A stretch of 61,799 nt of DNA from Patescibacteria group bacterium (GTDB taxonomy: Bacteria > Patescibacteriota > Microgenomatia > UBA1400 > MFAQ01), in the NCBI GenBank assembly GCA_943355005.1, contig CALRDV010000007.1:1-61799 (forward strand), written 5' to 3'. Every line of letters begins with the position of its first letter. The stretch's first letter is position 1. Under the pieces are notes generated by a model, which was not told the DNA's origin, ran no database searches, and worked only from the letters and a program-made list of their open reading frames with translations. Made by a program: the position numbers and the translations under genes. Below are positions 48,981 through 59,328 of the stretch, piece after piece.

Positions 48981-51020
48981 TTATTTTGTCCTCTTTATTA
49001 CTTTATCTTTCAAACCCAGAATTTCAAGACCCTGAAGTAGCATCAGTGCATCGTGTATATATTCAGTCTCTTCGCGACTCACAGTTGGAAACTGCAAAAA
49101 GTCTTGTTGGGTCTTACCCGGAATAAAGATAATCGCTTGACCGGGTTCTGCCCCTGGCTTGACGTTACCTTTGCCCAAAGTATCAACTGCTTTTGCCCAC
49201 CAACCGGGCTGTAGTAAAACTGGATTATTTGTAAAAGCATTACTGCCATCAAAGATGGTTGCTGCTCCTGCATTTGCCATATGAGTTCCCACAACAGCAC
49301 CAGGTTTCTCATGAATATGTAAATCGTAAAGTCGTTGCAACGCCCACTCAGGCTTTGAACCTGATCCATGACCCTCAGCCTTATCAGCGGTTACAACTGG
49401 GTAAATGGTCTTTGGACCATTTCCTGGACCAATTGAAAGTTTCAAAAGCGACAAATGATGTATTAATGGAATCCCTGTTTCAGATGCCACATAGGACCCA
49501 GGGGCTACAGGTAAATACTCTTCACCCTTACCAACACTACCTTTCCAAGCACCTTGACGCATTGATTCACACATCATAATAGCCAAAGTTTGATAATTCG
49601 ATTTTTCACCTTTCCTACCTACTATATTGACGAATTTATCTAAAACATCAACTCTATTAGGCAGCCTACCAGCTTCTTTATCAATCATGTTGCGGAGAAA
49701 CACCATTAATCTATGTGGATTCTGTGCTACCTCCTTGACAAAACCTTGTAAATCTTTATATCCTTCAAGTGTTGACCCAATTCTTGCATTTTGAATCCAC
49801 TCGATTGCAATTGGTAATTGAGATTTAATTTCATAGGACAGGACGCTATACGGCACTTTCATCTCCATGTGGGAATATGGATTTTTGATATCTTCTCCTC
49901 CAACTCTTACCTTATCGACAGGTCGCCCTTCTTTATAATTTGACCCCAACCTACTCGATGACGATTCATAAGAAATTATGGGTCCCTCCTCGACACCACC
50001 CTTATTCTTTGGTTGGTGAATCAATTCCAACAATTCAGTTCTTTGTCCGAGTTGTTCAACTCTATCTAATAGGTTTACTGCATCACCCATCATTTTACCT
50101 TGCCTTAAATTAGCAAAGGGAATATTCATGGCCTCTCGACGTCCTTTTTTAGGTACATTGATAAAGCCCTCACCTTGCGGGTGGGGTCTTGATAGTCCAA
50201 GTTGAGTTCCAAATAAATCAGGTGCTAACTTGGGATTGCTTCCCTTGACTGTTCCTGCTGACACAAAAAACACTTTACGTTTGGCACCGGCCCAAACCTC
50301 TTCACCTACTTGCATCTGGTGAATATGTCCGGCAACTGACCCATCGGGCCTGGCACTTTCGGAAGTATTCTGCATTACCACTCTTTGTCCATCCAATTCA
50401 TCCCACCGACTTCCTTTCGGAGGATTATGCCAAACTTTCGTTGTTTCCATGTATCCGTTTGGATACTTAACCACCAAGTTGCCTCCATTTTGAATAATTT
50501 TGATATCTAAGTCACCAATCATAGATCTCCACACATTTAAAGTTTTTTCTGCCAACCATCCCGGGTGACCCCAATACTCAGACACCATACCCAAAATTCT
50601 TCCTGCGTCAGCTAAAGGTTGAAAGTACATCATCTTCATGAATTCCAACTGTTGCTGGGCGTCGAGATCGGCTTTTGCATCAATAGATTGAGAGTGTTTC
50701 CCGCCAGACCACCCTTCTATCTCATCCCCGGCAAAAATTACCATCATGTTGGGATCAGCTAATACAGTATCCCTAAGTTCATCCATCATGTCCATGTCCG
50801 AAGATGTACTTCCCAAATGCCAATCAGACAATACCAATATTGTTTTGGGTCTCATGTCGTCAACCTCATGTACGACCAAAAGTTTTCCTCGATTATCAAT
50901 TTCAAGCCTCTGTCCACTCTCCATATGTGTACGGTAATCCCTAATCCTATCTTTTTCAGTTCTATCTGGAGGATAAACACTAAGCGTTCTCAATAGCTTA
51001 CCTGTTTCTTTTTGAGCCAT
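48981..51020 (-). CDS. Tandem calcineurin-like metallophosphoesterase (second domain degenerate)
   Basis: Domain 1: SDWHLG, AGDEIEG, VWHN, AGHIH. Domain 2: QNARIG, RNMID, GTH. Confidence 0.75.
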   Translation of the reverse strand: MAQKETGKLLRTLSVYPPDRTEKDRIRDYRTHMESGQRLEIDNRGKLLVVHEVDDMRPKTILVLSDWHLGSTSSDMDMMDELRDTVLADPNMMVIFAGDEIEGWSGGKHSQSIDAKADLDAQQQLEFMKMMYFQPLADAGRILGMVSEYWGHPGWLAEKTLNVWRSMIGDLDIKIIQNGGNLVVKYPNGYMETTKVWHNPPKGSRWDELDGQRVVMQNTSESARPDGSVAGHIHQMQVGEEVWAGAKRKVFFVSAGTVKGSNPKLAPDLFGTQLGLSRPHPQGEGFINVPKKGRREAMNIPFANLRQGKMMGDAVNLLDRVEQLGQRTELLELIHQPKNKGGVEEGPIISYESSSSRLGSNYKEGRPVDKVRVGGEDIKNPYSHMEMKVPYSVLSYEIKSQLPIAIEWIQNARIGSTLEGYKDLQGFVKEVAQNPHRLMVFLRNMIDKEAGRLPNRVDVLDKFVNIVGRKGEKSNYQTLAIMMCESMRQGAWKGSVGKGEEYLPVAPGSYVASETGIPLIHHLSLLKLSIGPGNGPKTIYPVVTADKAEGHGSGSKPEWALQRLYDLHIHEKPGAVVGTHMANAGAATIFDGSNAFTNNPVLLQPGWWAKAVDTLGKGNVKPGAEPGQAIIFIPGKTQQDFLQFPTVSREETEYIHDALMLLQGLEILGLKDKVIKRTK

Positions 51021-51192
51021 TTATTTTTTGTTTTAAGTTGGTAAAAACTTATCTACTTTCCGAATTATACCCCAAAAAACCCCAAATCAATCACTGAATA
51101 ACATGACCTATATTAATAGGAATAATCCCCACATTTCACTATGGAAACAAACATCCATAACTACTTTTACAAAAATAGAATAACATATTGCA

Positions 51193-53226
51193 ATGACAGG
51201 ACTATTATTTATCACCACGTTTCTTAGTTCATTTCTTCTTTTCACCATCCAGTTAATTGTCGGAAAAAGAATCTTGCCATGGTTTGGAGGAGCAGCCTCA
51301 GTTTGGACCACTTCAATGCTATTTTTTATGATCGCTTTGTTTTTAGGGTATTTATACGTCAATCAAATCTCCAGATATTCCCAAAAAAGACAGGTCAAAA
51401 TTCACCTAACACTTATTGGTATTTCACTTCTAAGTGTCCTTATAAACTATTTTTGGCACAAAACTCTTATTTTTCCTAGTCCTATATTTCACTCTTTTTC
51501 TCCAATAATACAAATCCTTTCTTTAATATCTTTTAGCGTAGGCATTCCATTTTTTCTACTATCCACTACAAGCACTTTATTACAACATTGGTTTACCTAC
51601 CTGGCACCCAAAAAAAACCCCTACTCGCTTTATGTCGTTTCTAATATTGGTTCCCTCCTTGGCTTGTTGTCCTATCCACTCATAATTGAGCCTGTACTAC
51701 TCACTACAGCACAAGAATCGTTATGGTTAATTTTATTTTGTGTTTACCTTTTTTTAACCCTTAAGATTATCCTTCTTTTTAATAGTCCCCATATAATTGT
51801 TAAGTCCAAACTACCGTCTTTTAAATCAGTAACACTATCGGAGATGATTCCATGGCTTGGCTTGTCTATTGTTTCAAACACAGCCTTGCTCGCCACCACC
51901 AGTAGCATTACCCAAGCGATATCTCCGGTTCCACTGCTCTGGATCTTCCCTTTGGCAATTTTTCTAATCACTTTCATTATCGCCTTTAGCGGAAGCAAGT
52001 GGTACTCCAGAGACTTTCACGGATCCTTGATGATCTTTTCAATCGTCATTATGGCTTTAATTACAAACAATAAAATTATTGTCTCTTACTGGTTTCAACT
52101 AGGCACAATACTCTTTACACTATTTATAATCAATCTAGTTTGTCACGCTGAATTGTATCTTTCCAAACCAAATCCAAAATCATTAGTACCTTTCTATGTA
52201 ACCATCTCATTCGGGGGCGTATTGGCGTCTATCTTATGCGCCGTAGTTGCCCCTTTATACTTCAAAGAATTGTGGGAACTTCCACTGTCTTTAATTCTAT
52301 CCTCTCTTGTTTTTATGTTGGCTATGTTTTTCCAACCTCATAGTCTCTACCTTAAAGCCCAGTATATTTTAATTAGCATCTTAGTCATTATTTTAATTTT
52401 ATTTCAATTCGACGGCATCTTATTAAAATACACAACTGATTTTCAAGGCACTTTGAAAATTATACGAAACTTTTACGGAGTGTTGTACGTAACAAAAACC
52501 GACTATGCTGAAGCAAATCTAGTGTCACTCTTAAATGGCAAAATTCTTCATGGAACGCAAAACTTCAAATCCGGTTTCGAATTCGAACCAACTACTTACT
52601 ACACCCGAGACAGTGGAGTCGGTGCAATCATCGATAATAATGCTAAGAGATTAGCTAAAAAGTCCATGAGGATTGGGGTAATAGGACTTGGTACGGGAAC
52701 TATGTCAGCATACTGTCTTCCAGGTGATTACTTCCGTTTTTATGAAATAAACCCAAATGTTATTGACATAAGTAATATGTATTTTACTTATATCTCTCAT
52801 TGTAAACAGATTGGTGGAGTTGTTGATGTTATAAATGGAGATGCTAGACTATCTCTCCAAAAAGAAAAAAAACTCGGAACTCTTCAGAAATTTGACGTGC
52901 TAATTGTCGATGCTTTCACCGACGACTCAATTCCTGTACATTTGATTACCAACGAAGCCCTCGAGCTCTATCTATCCCACTTAGCTCCTGATGGTGTCAT
53001 TGCTTTTCATATATCAAATCTATACCTAAATCTTAGTATTGTAATTGAGCAGGAGGTCTTCAGCCAAAACCTTTACAGCTACCAATATGACATCCAAGGA
53101 TCACAATGGTATCTAGTTTCTCCATCCCCTCTAAAAAAACCTTTTGAATTTTATCGGATCATTCCGGAAAAAAAATTGAGGCTTTGGACCGACGACTACA
53201 GTAATATTTTCCAAATTATAAAATAA
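51193..53226 (+). CDS. Fused membrane (MFS-like)/spermidine synthase-type SAM-binding protein
   Basis: LPWFGGAASVW, RNFYG, LHGTQ, IGLGTG, YEINP, GDARL, VDAF, WTDDYS. Confidence 0.9.
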   Translation: MTGLLFITTFLSSFLLFTIQLIVGKRILPWFGGAASVWTTSMLFFMIALFLGYLYVNQISRYSQKRQVKIHLTLIGISLLSVLINYFWHKTLIFPSPIFHSFSPIIQILSLISFSVGIPFFLLSTTSTLLQHWFTYLAPKKNPYSLYVVSNIGSLLGLLSYPLIIEPVLLTTAQESLWLILFCVYLFLTLKIILLFNSPHIIVKSKLPSFKSVTLSEMIPWLGLSIVSNTALLATTSSITQAISPVPLLWIFPLAIFLITFIIAFSGSKWYSRDFHGSLMIFSIVIMALITNNKIIVSYWFQLGTILFTLFIINLVCHAELYLSKPNPKSLVPFYVTISFGGVLASILCAVVAPLYFKELWELPLSLILSSLVFMLAMFFQPHSLYLKAQYILISILVIILILFQFDGILLKYTTDFQGTLKIIRNFYGVLYVTKTDYAEANLVSLLNGKILHGTQNFKSGFEFEPTTYYTRDSGVGAIIDNNAKRLAKKSMRIGVIGLGTGTMSAYCLPGDYFRFYEINPNVIDISNMYFTYISHCKQIGGVVDVINGDARLSLQKEKKLGTLQKFDVLIVDAFTDDSIPVHLITNEALELYLSHLAPDGVIAFHISNLYLNLSIVIEQEVFSQNLYSYQYDIQGSQWYLVSPSPLKKPFEFYRIIPEKKLRLWTDDYSNIFQIIK

Positions 53227-54307
53227 AGGCGGAAACAATATCATCGACTTCTTCCGCACTAGTTGCTGTCACCAGCTGTTTTCTCAACCCGGCAGACCCT
53301 TCAAATCCTTTCACATAGCTTACAAGGTGTTTTCTCATGGGGAAAAATTGGTAATCTTCTTTTCCATAGTCATTTCCCATTAGTTCCTGATATTTATACG
53401 CATGCTCCACCATTACTTGAAGTTTCTCTTTTAACGTCGGTACATAGCCATCTTTTCTCAAGATCCAAGGATTTCCAAGCGCCTCTCTACCAATAAGCAC
53501 CCCGTCCATTTTCCCAAACAAATCTATTTTTTTTCCGGATTTCAGCCCAACAGCAAATATTAAAGAGTCAGTGGAGGAGCTGTCCAATTTTGGCGCAGGT
53601 ATCCCCTCTGAGCCTTGCGAAGTGGAGGCAGCCGAGCCGAAAAATTGGACTGGTCCAAACTGACAATAAATTTGCGAAATGTCCCCGTTCCCCAAAAACT
53701 TCGTACCACCTTCTCTAATTATTTCCCCGGCCTTCAATAGCAAATCCCAATCTGCTTCACCCTTATAAAGCTGTTTAAAGGTTCTACCGTGCATCGCTAC
53801 CACAGGTAGGTTTTGTTCAGCCAGGAATCTCCACCAGGACTCATCTGGCTCAGCACTCCCTATTCGTGTCTTCACACTTACAGGAAGACCACCTGACCCC
53901 TTACGTGTGGCCTCAATCACTTCTTTGGCATTACATTTGTCCCGTATCAAGCCTGCCCCACCTCCTCTTTTTTCCAATCCTGGGGATGGACACCCCATAT
54001 TTATATCGATACCATCAAACCCTAGTTGATAAATAATTTTTGCTGATTCATAAAAAGCTTCCGGGTCGCTCCCGAATATCTGAGCAATTACAGGTCTTTC
54101 GATCTCACCATACTTCAAATCTTTCCAAATTTTCTCCTCAGCATCCCCTCTTTTGTGTATTCTCCATAGACCTTCAGCACTCACAAACTCAGTGTAGATT
54201 ATGTCAGCCTGGCCATACTTCTTGGCAACAAAACGCGCCGGAGCGTCGGTCACTCCGTCCATAGGGGAAAGTCCAATAATAGGAAAAGTCAATTTATCCC
54301 AGAACAT
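53216..54307 (-). CDS. dus: tRNA-dihydrouridine synthase with an in-frame structured insert
   Basis: SPMDGVTD, YTEFV, IDINMGCP, SVKTRIG, HGRT, GNGDI, IGR..LGNPW, RKH. Confidence 0.92.
   Translation of the reverse strand: MFWDKLTFPIIGLSPMDGVTDAPARFVAKKYGQADIIYTEFVSAEGLWRIHKRGDAEEKIWKDLKYGEIERPVIAQIFGSDPEAFYESAKIIYQLGFDGIDINMGCPSPGLEKRGGGAGLIRDKCNAKEVIEATRKGSGGLPVSVKTRIGSAEPDESWWRFLAEQNLPVVAMHGRTFKQLYKGEADWDLLLKAGEIIREGGTKFLGNGDISQIYCQFGPVQFFGSAASTSQGSEGIPAPKLDSSSTDSLIFAVGLKSGKKIDLFGKMDGVLIGREALGNPWILRKDGYVPTLKEKLQVMVEHAYKYQELMGNDYGKEDYQFFPMRKHLVSYVKGFEGSAGLRKQLVTATSAEEVDDIVSAFIL
53553..53675. repeat. ~123 bp hairpin element inside dus (same core as 9388..9476)
   Basis: Nested stems gcaaat/atttgc, gtcagt/actgac, gtccaatttt/aaaattggac around the core gcgcaggtatcccc...agccgagc. 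Confidence 0.7.
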
Positions 54308-54368
54308 CCGTCTATTTTATCATCTATCGCTCTATTGACTCACTTTTGAGTCTATAATTATTCTCACC

Positions 54369-55712
54369 ATGGAAAACGACCAGGCAATCAAACCGGAACT
54401 AATTTTCAGCAAAGGCGCCGAACTTGAAGAAAAAGCTTTCAAAGAATGGGTTGAATCATCAGGAAAAGTTGTCTACGATTATGCTAATAACCGGTTATGG
54501 GCTGTCCGAAAAGGCGGCGACGAAAAAGAGGAAACTGACAGAATCAAGATGGACGGAAAGCGTTTTTGCCAACTGGTTGAAAGAGTTGATCAATTCGGAG
54601 GTTTACAAGAACTAATTGCTAAAGGTATTGAAATCGATGTCAGGAACTGGAAGAGCAACTTCAAAACCAAAGCTGACATGGAAGAATTTATGAGGAAAGT
54701 CAAAGTAAATTCGCAGAGATTTACTCCAGTCAGTGAAGAAGATTCTCCCATTATCGCCAACAAAGAGACACTTAGGTCTGATATTCCCCCACATGACAGT
54801 GAAGAAAATATAGTGTATATAGTCTCAAAAGATTCTATAGCACAAAAAGTACCCGTGGAATATATTACCAAAGATTTATTAGATAAAGACGAAAAAAAAT
54901 TCATTGATTGGGTACATTCATCGAATCACGTTATCTATGACTATAGTAATTTTATCTTATGGACAGTCAAACCGGGTGGAGATAGAGAAAAACCTGAAGA
55001 TTGCACTAGTCTAGGCATCAGTAGTCTTATGCAACTTTTGGATAAGGCGTATTACGGTGGAGTGGCAAACCTTGTTGCCTCAGGCGTTGATCTTGAGATT
55101 TGCAACTGGGGTGATTTTGACATACCCGGTTCAAAAGAACACATCACAGAAGTAATAAAGAATCAAGCAAAAGAAATATCCGAATCCGCCGAAGACGCAG
55201 AACCCCAGCCCGCAGAAAACAAACTCTCCCCTGAGGAGATTGAGAGGCAAGGCACTAAAGCTATGGAAAACTACCAAAAATTAAAAGAGATATTAGACCG
55301 TGAACGAACCCCTATTGAACCACCTCTCACTCCGGAAAAAAACGAAGCAGCTCTATTAGCAAAAACTAAATACGAACAGGCAATTTCTAAAGCCACAGGT
55401 AAATTTTTAGATGGTGTTGAGTACTACATTGATAAAGTCCCTGATAATATAATTATCCAAGCAGCCATAAGTGCAACAGAGCTTTTTGGTTTTGGCTACA
55501 GTCTACTTGATATCCCCACTGCACTATCCGGAATTAGAGATTTACTAGGCGGTCGAGCGATAACTAAAGATGAAAATCGAAACAAAGCTTATACGCGAGG
55601 AGTACTTAAGATTGTCGGAGCCGTAGTCCCATTCCCCAGTTATTGGGTCAACGCAGCCTTAAAAAATGCAATGCCAGTTCAGGAACTAGACAACAAGCCT
55701 AAAAATAAATAA
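54369..55712 (+). CDS. Hypothetical protein with two internal ~80 aa repeats
   Basis: EKAFKEWVESSGKVVYDYANNRLWAVRKGGD versus EKKFIDWVHSSNHVIYDYSNFILWTVKPGGD. Confidence 0.75.
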   Translation: MENDQAIKPELIFSKGAELEEKAFKEWVESSGKVVYDYANNRLWAVRKGGDEKEETDRIKMDGKRFCQLVERVDQFGGLQELIAKGIEIDVRNWKSNFKTKADMEEFMRKVKVNSQRFTPVSEEDSPIIANKETLRSDIPPHDSEENIVYIVSKDSIAQKVPVEYITKDLLDKDEKKFIDWVHSSNHVIYDYSNFILWTVKPGGDREKPEDCTSLGISSLMQLLDKAYYGGVANLVASGVDLEICNWGDFDIPGSKEHITEVIKNQAKEISESAEDAEPQPAENKLSPEEIERQGTKAMENYQKLKEILDRERTPIEPPLTPEKNEAALLAKTKYEQAISKATGKFLDGVEYYIDKVPDNIIIQAAISATELFGFGYSLLDIPTALSGIRDLLGGRAITKDENRNKAYTRGVLKIVGAVVPFPSYWVNAALKNAMPVQELDNKPKNK

Positions 55713-55725
55713 TTAAAAACAAAAC

Positions 55726-55977
55726 ATGCCAGACGAAATTAAAAAAGCCACTCCAGAACAAATTCTAGAAGCCCAAAAACTATTAGTGATGGCGAATTTA
55801 CCACCAGATACTCGCCTAGAGTGTGATGGGATTCTCGCTCTCGGTCTAGAACCTCAAGTTGCAGGCTTAATCACCAACCTCCAAAATCTAATCTCCGAAA
55901 AAGAAGCTGCCTATGCAGAATACAAAAACACCGTCAAAGAAAACTTAATTTCAACAAAAAAAGACACTGGACAATAA
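55726..55977 (+). CDS. Small hypothetical protein
   Basis: 13 bp downstream of the previous gene, same strand. Confidence 0.6.
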   Translation: MPDEIKKATPEQILEAQKLLVMANLPPDTRLECDGILALGLEPQVAGLITNLQNLISEKEAAYAEYKNTVKENLISTKKDTGQ

Positions 55978-55982
55978 CCATC

Positions 55983-56390
55983 TCAGTCCTTTGTGGCACT
56001 GCCTACCATAACCAAAACTTCGTTAAGCAGGACACCTTTCTTACAGTCTTTCATCCACAAGACATTCTTGCAGCCGATCCAAATCTGATACCCATCCCCC
56101 ACACGTTCAGGCCAAACTTCCACATTTTTAGTCATTTCCCTCAATAAGAAAATCCGTTTCTCGTGATCGACACTTCCTTGGTCATCCATCACTGCTCCCG
56201 CCATTTCAATTTTTCTTGAATCGTTCAAAACCAAAGTTCCATCGGCCAAAACTTCTTTCACCAAATATTTAGACCGATTATTAACAAATACAAGTGAGAC
56301 AAAAATAGTCACCAAAAAAATCACTACAAGACCCACCATTTCTCCAACCATCTTCTTCATTCTATCTTTTACCACTACATATCTTAGCAA
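55983..56390 (-). CDS. Membrane-anchored degenerate thermonuclease (SNase)-like protein; start probably 56360
   Basis: VKEVLADGTLVL...KIEMAG; LLNEVLVMVGSA. Confidence 0.55.
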   Translation of the reverse strand: MLRYVVVKDRMKKMVGEMVGLVVIFLVTIFVSLVFVNNRSKYLVKEVLADGTLVLNDSRKIEMAGAVMDDQGSVDHEKRIFLLREMTKNVEVWPERVGDGYQIWIGCKNVLWMKDCKKGVLLNEVLVMVGSATKD

Positions 56391-56468
56391 TTATAAATTC
56401 AGATGTCACTTCTGCCATATGTTAGAATCTTTCTCTGTGACCATGAATAAGCGAATAATATTTTCGTT

Positions 56469-58178
56469 ATGATTGAAACTGGGGATTATTATCATTTATT
56501 TATCGATGATATACCCAGATTTTCCCTTGAGAATTTCCTAGAAAACGACATTGATGCCAAAAATCTTATCGATTTCTTAGATCATATCAAAGCCATAGTC
56601 AGAACTCATTGGGCTGACTACATGGTTTCTGTCTTCAATGATCTTCCTGATTCTCCAAAAAAAACAAAACTCTTCAATATATTCCAAAGCGAGACAAGTC
56701 TTAGAACAATCCTAGACAAAGAAAAATTTCGAGAGTTGGAAATGCTCAGACTTGTCGATGAAGGTGAATTCTGGAGAGAAATTGTTACGGCAATTTCCGA
56801 AAGAGAAATTGCCACCATCGGTCTAGCTAAGCATTTTCTGGACCATCTTACTAAAGAACAGCAGGAAAACTTATCTCTCTCTAAGCAAGAAATTGATTTA
56901 TTTCTCGACCTATCATTCTCCATCCAGCATTTTATCGATCAGGCCTACATACACCAGCTCGCCTTGGCGGATGAACCTGGGGGCAAACAAGTAGGGACAC
57001 TTCCCTTAGAGTTTGGCTATGAATATTTATACGACGATAAAATTCCCTACTCTGAAGTATATTCAGACGAGTTCACTTGTCTCACGGAAACTTTAAATGA
57101 TTTTTCCAATCGAATAGAACAGGAAGTAGAGGATGGATTGCTATCACCGGACTATCTCTCACTTGCTCACTATCTCACTACCCTTTCCAAAAGCTACGGT
57201 TCCAAAGAGACTAATATAGAAAAAATTAATCAGATATGGGAGGATGTGGATAGAGAATACATCAGTCTGGCTCAACAAGGATGCCCCATTATTCTGACAC
57301 CGTGGGGATTTTTGACCGACGGTAATCACATTGGCATAGAATTGATGGTGACGCTCAATCTAGGTTCCTCTTCAAAGTGGCATAAGGATAGTGAGATATA
57401 TCGCGGTTTAGTCAGGAATTTTATGAGAAATTATGAGCCGGATTTTGAGCCCGTTCCATTTATCCATCAATATGTCTTTGTCAGGAACGGTCTCAATATC
57501 CCTTGGTCCGGCACAGCCTGTGCCAGCAATCGTTACGTTGTTTTTTATGATAACGAAAATGACAATTTCTCCGCCAATCTATACCATTCTTACTATGACG
57601 AGTTCATCGATGGAAATACTTCGGAGAACAGATTTGCGTACGTCAGAGGTCTAAATACAGTTGCTCACGAAACAGGACACTTGGGACGCATGCTAAACCA
57701 AGACCTATATCAGAAAATGGGTAATGGAGTAAATATTAACAAGCTGGACGAAGCCAAAGCAGATTCTATGGCTACTTTACTTTTTTCGAAAGATTTAATT
57801 CAAGGTAATACCGATGTCACTCCCTCCGAATTTATCGAGCAGTATATTGTCGACTACATAGATGAGATTAGAGGAGCCAGAGGTCATGAGACCGAAGATC
57901 TTGGTATTGTCTGGTATGACTTCAGTGCCAAACTCATGTTACTGACACTCTTTGAATCAAACTCCATTATCTGGAGCAAAGATAAAATCAAAATAATCGA
58001 CGGTTACTCAGGCATGGTGGCCATCGCAGGGGTAGGCAAACAAATTTTCAATTTCTATGGAGATGAACACTTCGATAGTCAAGCTGTAAGTTTATATATT
58101 CAAAATATCGAGGAAAGAGTTTTCCGCAATGCAGATATCCAAAAATTTCTCGCCAAAGTCACCATTGTCCATCGCTAA
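56469..58178 (+). CDS. Zincin metallopeptidase, M49/dipeptidyl-peptidase III-like
   Basis: AHETGH followed by LDEAKAD. Confidence 0.65.
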   Translation: MIETGDYYHLFIDDIPRFSLENFLENDIDAKNLIDFLDHIKAIVRTHWADYMVSVFNDLPDSPKKTKLFNIFQSETSLRTILDKEKFRELEMLRLVDEGEFWREIVTAISEREIATIGLAKHFLDHLTKEQQENLSLSKQEIDLFLDLSFSIQHFIDQAYIHQLALADEPGGKQVGTLPLEFGYEYLYDDKIPYSEVYSDEFTCLTETLNDFSNRIEQEVEDGLLSPDYLSLAHYLTTLSKSYGSKETNIEKINQIWEDVDREYISLAQQGCPIILTPWGFLTDGNHIGIELMVTLNLGSSSKWHKDSEIYRGLVRNFMRNYEPDFEPVPFIHQYVFVRNGLNIPWSGTACASNRYVVFYDNENDNFSANLYHSYYDEFIDGNTSENRFAYVRGLNTVAHETGHLGRMLNQDLYQKMGNGVNINKLDEAKADSMATLLFSKDLIQGNTDVTPSEFIEQYIVDYIDEIRGARGHETEDLGIVWYDFSAKLMLLTLFESNSIIWSKDKIKIIDGYSGMVAIAGVGKQIFNFYGDEHFDSQAVSLYIQNIEERVFRNADIQKFLAKVTIVHR

Positions 58179-59323
58179 ACAGCGAGCATCCAATGATTGT
58201 ACAGTTCCCCTGCCGACCCCTTATCGTTCCATCTTTTTTCAAAGTCGTCCTTCTTGTATCGGACTATTCCCTTACCGTCACCTGGCACTTCCTCGGACTC
58301 AATTGTCGGGTCGAGCACCCATACAAATATTTCGTCTATTTTATACACCACTGAGTAGTGACCACTATCCAAATTATTCATTTCCTCCTCGGTTCCCCAA
58401 GCTTGATAGCAAACTAGGCAAACTTTATTTTTTCTTAATCTCATTTCCAAATCCTCTAAATCAGCTCCATTCGTCTCGATATAAGAAATACCTTCTTCGT
58501 TTAATAATTTTTTTATATTTTGGGATTTTGTTCCATCTTCAGGATTCACATCCATCCGTACATATAGATTATTCTTAGCGACATCTTCTTTGCCTATCAT
58601 TGTCAGCAAATTATTTACGGCAGCTCCTCCACAATCATAATCAAATTTTTGAAAAACCGGCACAATACCAATATCTTCTCTTCCGCACATCGTTCCAACT
58701 TCACTCTCTTTTTTTTGAAATATCAAATCGAGAGCCAAATCATATGGCGTCGGTTCCCCAGTCAATACATCTTTAAAGTTATGTGTCGACCTTCCAATTT
58801 CATGAAGTTTTACCTTCATCGATTTAGATTTTTTTACCTCTTCCTTTATTTCATCTATGCTTCCGTATGTGTCACCACTTCCCTGAATTATCGTTAAATC
58901 GGAATATACATTTCTCAAATCAATTTCACCCACCACAAAGCCAAGTATTACCAGGTCATACTTTTTTTGTTCTATTCCACTTAGTTCGCTAAGATATTCC
59001 ACGGCCACGATTCCACCTGAAGATTTTCCAATCAAACGGATTTTTTGATACTCAATCGCATTACAACTATGAAGTACTTGCACCAAGGTCTCTATGTCTT
59101 CTCGTCTGGATTTTTCCGGACTCCAAGCGAGCTCCGTATTATAGAAAGGATAATCGAACATCGCCACACTTCGATTCATTCTTTTAGCTGTATCAAAAGT
59201 CTTCTTAAGAGAGGCAGAGATATCGATACCCTTTCCACTACCCGGCAAAATTATCTCTAAAATCTCTCGATTTCCACTGTCAAAACTTACAATCTTTGGC
59301 AACATTGTAATTAAATATACCAC
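58175..59323 (-). CDS. Alpha/beta hydrolase fused to a C39-type cysteine peptidase
   Basis: GKSSG, IIQGSGDTYG, THNF; FQKFDYDCG, GHYSVV, LDP. Confidence 0.8.
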   Translation of the reverse strand: MVYLITMLPKIVSFDSGNREILEIILPGSGKGIDISASLKKTFDTAKRMNRSVAMFDYPFYNTELAWSPEKSRREDIETLVQVLHSCNAIEYQKIRLIGKSSGGIVAVEYLSELSGIEQKKYDLVILGFVVGEIDLRNVYSDLTIIQGSGDTYGSIDEIKEEVKKSKSMKVKLHEIGRSTHNFKDVLTGEPTPYDLALDLIFQKKESEVGTMCGREDIGIVPVFQKFDYDCGGAAVNNLLTMIGKEDVAKNNLYVRMDVNPEDGTKSQNIKKLLNEEGISYIETNGADLEDLEMRLRKNKVCLVCYQAWGTEEEMNNLDSGHYSVVYKIDEIFVWVLDPTIESEEVPGDGKGIVRYKKDDFEKRWNDKGSAGELYNHWMLAV

Positions 59324-59328
59324 CCAAC

